64,000 bases of DNA from IMG/VR virus record IMGVR_UViG_3300037762_000038, positions 257 to 64,256 of that record. The stretch is one strand, 5' to 3'. Below, one piece after another: positions 61,367-64,000 of this stretch. Numbering within the stretch: position 1 is the stretch's first letter; every line of letters begins with the position of its first letter. The position numbers were made by a program, and so were the translations under genes. The notes under the pieces were generated by a model. That model did not search any database and had not been told where the DNA came from. It saw only the letters and a program-made list of their open reading frames with translations. The DNA comes from a virus.

Positions 61367-61491
61367 TTTCGTAGGCGCACCAGTCACACCGTGAGCAGCG
61401 GGCCGGCCCTACGGGCCACTCGTTGGTGATCTGGTTCTCCGACCGCGCAGGTGTACCTTATATGGGCCCTGCGGTGGTGCGCCTTCGAAAT

Positions 61492-61567
61492 GGGGTTGTA
61501 GCTCAGATGGGAGAGCGCCGCACTTGCAATGCGGATGTCGCGGGTTCGATCCCCGCCTTCTCCACCA
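61492..61567 (+). tRNA. tRNA-Ala (anticodon TGC)
   Basis: D-arm GCTCAGATGGGAGAGC. Anticodon stem CCGCA/TGCGG with loop CTTGCAA. G3:U70 in the acceptor. T-arm GCGGGTTCGATCCCCGC. Two U-U mismatches in the acceptor stem. Confidence 0.6.
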
Positions 61568-61574
61568 GAACATT

Positions 61575-61650
61575 GCGCCCGTAACTCAGCGGACAGAGTG
61601 CGTGGCTACGAACCACGGAGCCGGAGGTTCGATTCCTTCCGGGCGCGCCA
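61575..61650 (+). tRNA. tRNA-Arg (anticodon ACG)
   Basis: Acceptor GCGCCCG/CGGGCGC. Anticodon stem CGTGG/CCACG with loop CTACGAA. T-loop GGTTCGATTCC. Confidence 0.7.
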
Positions 61651-61656
61651 GACAGA

Positions 61657-61721
61657 AGCGGGGTAGTTCAGCGGCCGAACACCGGTCTCATAAGCCGGCG
61701 CACGTGGGTTCGATTCCCACT
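61657..61721 (+). tRNA. tRNA-Met (anticodon CAT)
   Basis: D-arm GTTCAGCGGCCGAAC. Anticodon stem CCGGT/GCCGG with loop CTCATAA. T-arm GTGGGTTCGATTCCCAC. 1:72 is an A-A mismatch. Confidence 0.6.
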
Positions 61722-61739
61722 CCCGCAACCAAGGACACT

Positions 61740-62081
61740 ATGCCATATAAAAAACGAACCAACTGGGAGTTGTGGAACAAAAAGCGGCATGAAGAAAACA
61801 AGATTGCGATGCAGGTGATCAAAGACAAACCTTGCGTTGACTGCGGTGGTAAATTCCCGCATTATGTAATGGAGTTCGATCATGTACCAGAGAAGGGTGA
61901 TAAGATCGCATCGGTGGCAAACCTGACTGGAAGTAGAAAGGTTACTGCTAAGACCGTGCGGGACGAAATAAGGAAATGCGATCTGGTCTGTGCGAACTGT
62001 CACAAGATCAGGACATTTTTCCGAGTACAGAACAGAGCGGGCAGACAAGGACAAGGGGCGTCCAGCAGCCTTCCAAGCTGA
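61740..62081 (+). CDS. HNH homing endonuclease (113 aa) embedded in the tRNA cluster
   Basis: CVDCGG...HYVMEFDHV...CANCH HNH signature. Local GC content is much lower than the flanking DNA. Confidence 0.7.
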   Translation: MPYKKRTNWELWNKKRHEENKIAMQVIKDKPCVDCGGKFPHYVMEFDHVPEKGDKIASVANLTGSRKVTAKTVRDEIRKCDLVCANCHKIRTFFRVQNRAGRQGQGASSSLPS

Positions 62082-62203
62082 TGATCGCGGAGTTCGACTC
62101 TCCCTACCCGCTCCAATACGCATGGGCCTCTCTCCCGCTGACACGGGCGGGGATGTCAGTCTCGCCGACGGCCACCAGTGCCCCGGTTGAGGCCCAGCCG
62201 TAT

Positions 62204-62279
62204 TGATGTGTAGCTCAGGTGGTAGAGCAAGCGACCGATAATCGCTAGGTCGGTGGTTCGAACCCACCCGCATCAACCA
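62204..62279 (+). tRNA. tRNA-Ile (anticodon GAT)
   Basis: Acceptor TGATGTG/CGCATCA. D-arm GCTCAGGTGGTAGAGC. Anticodon stem AGCGA/TCGCT with loop CCGATAA. T-arm GGTGGTTCGAACCCACC. Confidence 0.65.
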
Positions 62280-62284
62280 GACTT

Positions 62285-62370
62285 GCCCTGCTGGATGGAA
62301 TTGGCAGACACGCTGCGCTTAGAACGCAGTGCCGCAAGGCGTGGGGGTTCGAGTCCCTCGCAGGGCACCA
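62285..62370 (+). tRNA. tRNA-Leu (anticodon TAG), type II
   Basis: Acceptor GCCCTGC/GCAGGGC. Anticodon stem ACGCTGCG/CGCAGTG region with loop CTTAGAA. Long variable arm. T-arm GGGGGTTCGAGTCCCTC. Confidence 0.7.
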
Positions 62371-62560
62371 GATTTGCCGCGACGACTAGGTAGACAGGGT
62401 TGTACAGCCGCAAGGCGACCTGCTAAGAGTTACCGAATCGTCTGGCCCCGAGAGGCCAAGCGGCACCAGAACGATGCCGGCTCCGTGTACTGACGGGCTA
62501 TGGTGGGTGAGAATTGTGTCCCGCGGTCCTGCCCCCACTCCTCGGGGCCGCAAGATTTTT

Positions 62561-62636
62561 GCTCCTATAGCTCAGTGGCAGAGCTACCGCCTTGTAAGCG
62601 GAGGGTCGCGGGTTCGATTCCATGCTGGGAGCACCA
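62561..62636 (+). tRNA. tRNA-Thr (anticodon TGT), tentative (irregular T-stem)
   Basis: Acceptor GCTCCTA/TGGGAGC. D-arm GCTCAGTGGCAGAGC. Anticodon loop CTTGTAA. T-loop GGGTTCGATTCC, but the T-stem pairing is imperfect. Confidence 0.5.
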
Positions 62637-62640
62637 GATT

Positions 62641-62714
62641 CACGACGTGGCCGAGAGGCGAGGCAGGCGGTTGCAACCCGCCTCACACAGGTTCGAGTCC
62701 TGTCGGCGTGTCCA
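62641..62714 (+). tRNA. tRNA-Cys (anticodon GCA)
   Basis: Anticodon stem GGCGG/CCGCC with loop TTGCAAC. T-arm ACAGGTTCGAGTCCTGT. Acceptor CACGACG/CGGCGTG with one mismatch. Confidence 0.6.
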
Positions 62715-62722
62715 GATTCATG

Positions 62723-62807
62723 TGGGTTGGTAGACCGTTAAGGAGGCGGGGCAGTCTGTAAAACTGTCGCTTCGGCCCGGTTGGCTCGATACCAACACAG
62801 CCCACCA
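62723..62807 (+). tRNA. tRNA-Tyr (anticodon GTA), type II, tentative
   Basis: Anticodon stem GCAGT/ACTGT with loop CTGTAAA. Long variable arm. Atypical T-loop (GTTGGCTCGATACCAAC). Acceptor GGGTTGG/ACAGCCC with wobble pairs. Confidence 0.5.
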
Positions 62808-62874
62808 AAGAATGTGCAGTCGGGTTGATAACCTAACGGGGCGATTCATCACCGCTCCGGGCTGCCCGTATTAT

Positions 62875-62950
62875 TGCGCGGTGACCGAGTGGTAAGGTGC
62901 CCGGCTGTTAACCGGTGACATCGCTGGTTCGATCCCAGCCTGCGCAGCCA
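62875..62950 (+). tRNA. tRNA-Asn (anticodon GTT)
   Basis: Acceptor TGCGCGG/CTGCGCA. Anticodon loop CTGTTAA. T-arm GCTGGTTCGATCCCAGC. Confidence 0.6.
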
Positions 62951-62958
62951 GTTTAAAC

Positions 62959-63032
62959 GGCCTGTTAGTTCAGTGGCAGAACGGCGGTCTCCAAAGCCGC
63001 GTACGGGGGTTCGATTCCCTCGCGGGTCGCCA
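62959..63032 (+). tRNA. tRNA-Trp (anticodon CCA)
   Basis: D-arm GTTCAGTGGCAGAAC. Anticodon stem GCGGT/GCCGC with loop CTCCAAA. T-loop GGGGGTTCGATTCCCTC. Acceptor has three G-U pairs. Confidence 0.55.
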
Positions 63033-63043
63033 AGTCGTGTAAT

Positions 63044-63109
63044 ACAAAGAGTCGAGTGCTCGGACCTTCACTCCGATCCTAGTGGGTTCGAGTCCCACAC
63101 ACGACACCA
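63044..63109 (+). tRNA. tRNA-Glu (anticodon TTC), tentative (unusual D-arm)
   Basis: Perfect acceptor GTCGTGT/ACACGAC. Anticodon stem TCGGA/TCCGA with loop CCTTCAC. T-arm GTGGGTTCGAGTCCCAC. Confidence 0.5.
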
Positions 63110-63124
63110 GAATTGTAGTACAGT

Positions 63125-63200
63125 GGCGAGGTAGCTCAGTTGGTAGAGCACCGGTCTGAAAAGCCGGGTGTCGCAGGTTCGATTCCTGCCCGAGCCACCA
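63125..63200 (+). tRNA. tRNA-Phe (anticodon GAA)
   Basis: D-arm GCTCAGTTGGTAGAGC. Anticodon stem CCGGT/GCCGG with loop CTGAAAA. T-arm GCAGGTTCGATTCCTGC. Tandem G-A / A-G mismatches in the acceptor. Confidence 0.65.
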
Positions 63201-63201
63201 T

Positions 63202-63278
63202 GGTGCGTTAGCTCAGCTTGGTAGAGCACCCGCCTGTCACGCGGAAGGCCGCGGGATCGAAGCCCGCACGCGCCGCCA
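63202..63278 (+). tRNA. tRNA-Asp (anticodon GTC)
   Basis: Acceptor GGTGCGT/ACGCGCC. D-arm GCTCAGCTTGGTAGAGC. Anticodon loop CTGTCAC (identical to the E. coli tRNA-Asp loop). T-arm GCGGGATCGAAGCCCGC. Confidence 0.7.
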
Positions 63279-63303
63279 GATTTGCAGTATGCATATAGCA
63301 TAT

Positions 63304-63382
63304 AGCCCCTTAACTCAGATGGGCGCAGAGTGCCGAGCTTACACCTCGGAAGCCGTAGGTTCGATGCCTACAGGGGCTACCA
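63304..63382 (+). tRNA. tRNA-Val (anticodon TAC)
   Basis: Perfect acceptor AGCCCCT/AGGGGCT. D-arm ACTCAGATGGGCGCAGAGT. Anticodon stem CCGAG/CTCGG with loop CTTACAC. T-arm GTAGGTTCGATGCCTAC. Confidence 0.7.
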
Positions 63383-63388
63383 GAATTG

Positions 63389-63478
63389 GAGCGTTGGGTG
63401 AGTGGACTAAACCACCGGTCTTGAAAACCGGCAGCCCCGCAAGGGGTACGCGAGTTCGAATCTATGCACGCTCCGCCA
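63389..63478 (+). tRNA. tRNA-Ser (anticodon TGA), type II
   Basis: Perfect acceptor GGAGCGT/ACGCTCC. Anticodon stem CCGGT/ACCGG with loop CTTGAAA. Long variable arm CCCCGCAAGGGG. T-loop TTCGAAT with imperfect T-stem. Confidence 0.6.
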
Positions 63479-63706
63479 GTTGTAAGTCGTACGCAGATTG
63501 AGTACAATCGTACCCATTTTGGGTACACAGCTACCCAAGGAGGGTATGTGAGCTTCAAACGCACAGCCGATAAGCAACGCCCCGACTGGCCGTGGACTGC
63601 GCGACAGCGTAGGTCCAAGGCCGGGGGCCGCAAGGCGCGCAAGTTCGCACGCCATGAGGTCAGTCGCCCGGCGCGCAAGCAGGTGCGCCGTAAGCGATAA
63701 CGCAGT

Positions 63707-63784
63707 TGGGGTGACGCACGACGGGAATGTGCACCCGCCTTTGAAGCGGGTTCTTTGTGAGTTCGAATCTCTCCACCCCTGCCA
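63707..63784 (+). tRNA. tRNA-Gln (anticodon TTG)
   Basis: Acceptor TGGGGTG/CACCCCT, E. coli tRNA-Gln-like but with a U1-U72 mismatch. D-arm GCACGACGGGAATGTGC. Anticodon stem CCCGC/GCGGG with loop CTTTGAA. T-loop GAGTTCGAATCTC. Confidence 0.65.
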
Positions 63785-63785
63785 T

Positions 63786-63871
63786 GCGCTCGTGGTTGGA
63801 ACAGGCAGACACGGCGGGCTCAAACCCCGCTGCCGCGAGGCGTACAGGTTCGAGTCCTGTCGAGCGCACCA
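63786..63871 (+). tRNA. tRNA-Leu (anticodon CAA), type II
   Basis: Perfect acceptor GCGCTCG/CGAGCGC. Anticodon stem GCGGG/CCCGC with loop CTCAAAC. Long variable arm. T-arm ACAGGTTCGAGTCCTGT. Confidence 0.7.
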
Positions 63872-63878
63872 TTTAAAC

Positions 63879-63953
63879 GGGATCGTGGCAGAAGGGTAGA
63901 TGCATCCGGCTTTTAACCGGACGGCGGTGGTTCGAGTCCACCCGATCCCACCA
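63879..63953 (+). tRNA. tRNA-Lys (anticodon TTT)
   Basis: Perfect acceptor GGGATCG/CGATCCC. Anticodon stem TCCGG/CCGGA with loop CTTTTAA. T-arm GGTGGTTCGAGTCCACC. Confidence 0.7.
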
Positions 63954-63954
63954 T

Positions 63955-64000
63955 CCGCCCGTAGCTCAGCGGACAGAGCGACGAGTTTCTACCTCGGGGG
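63955..64000 (+). tRNA. 5' part of a further tRNA, probably tRNA-Arg (anticodon TCT), truncated by the window end
   Basis: D-arm GCTCAGCGGACAGAGC. Anticodon stem ACGAG/CTCGG with loop TTTCTAC. The 3' half lies beyond the window. Confidence 0.4.

Noticed and set aside
62088-62112. Calling an additional tRNA just downstream of the HNH gene
   Set aside because: Only a T-arm-like GGAGTTCGACTCTCC plus an acceptor 3' strand with CCA is present. No matching 5' half or anticodon arm was found, so it is recorded only as a possible remnant.
61524-63899. Plus and minus strand ORFs inside the tRNA cluster (for example 61524-62081 upstream part, 61668-62276, 62474-62761, 63310-63678, 63407-63823)
   Set aside because: They run through tRNA genes. 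Only the HNH-containing segment (from the Met at 61740) has coding support. A GTG-initiated 50-codon basic ORF at 63549-63700 with an AAGGAGG RBS was noted but is left uncalled for lack of further evidence.
61130-64000. tRNA cluster as a prophage integration site, or the window as an integrated prophage
   Set aside because: No integrase, excisionase, att-like direct repeats or host genes appear in the window. The tRNAs are arranged as a phage tRNA battery with their own promoter, not as a single host tRNA adjacent to an integrase.

Overview
This window reads as a large section of a high-GC (about 65%) tailed-phage genome (podovirus-like, P22/T7-style layout), most likely infecting a Gram-negative host. 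Three blocks are visible.

(1) 1-30506, all on the minus strand, is the late (packaging and virion) operon in the order small DNA-binding/TerS-like ORF, two small ORFs, a 797-aa unknown, large terminase, portal, scaffold, major capsid, tail and internal-virion proteins, a giant 2639-aa internal/ejection-type protein, tail-fibre-like proteins (one collagen-like), and small membrane proteins at the end.

(2) 30507-31401 is a roughly 900-bp non-coding control region between the divergent late (minus) and early (plus) gene sets. It carries GGGGATAA boxes with a perfect 16-bp palindrome, and a set of at least 9 TGGATAGTTGC-type iteron-like repeats flanking an AT-rich tract that overlap an early promoter.

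(3) 31402-60823, on the plus strand, is the early and replication module. It includes many small ORFs separated by a repeated structured intergenic element, an SprT-like zincin, an RHH regulator, a membrane trypsin-like protease / SleB-like hydrolase / 2-TM protein / SPFH cassette, a family-A DNA polymerase, two tandem nucleoside-deoxyribosyltransferase-like paralogs, a T4-gp1-like dNMP kinase, a metallophosphoesterase, a PD-(D/E)xK nuclease, VRR-NUC, a TraR/DksA zinc finger, an SF2 helicase, an AEP primase with D5-like helicase, and a NUDIX hydrolase.

From 61130 to the window end there is a cluster of about 21 phage tRNAs, mostly decoding A/U-ending codons, with its own sigma70-like promoter, an embedded AT-rich HNH endonuclease gene and a Pro/Arg-rich micro-ORF.

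The rare hexamer TTTAAA, mostly as TTTAAAYG, is about 8-fold over-represented and strand- and region-biased.

All calls were made by eye from the sequence, with no database searches. Product names are motif-based inferences.
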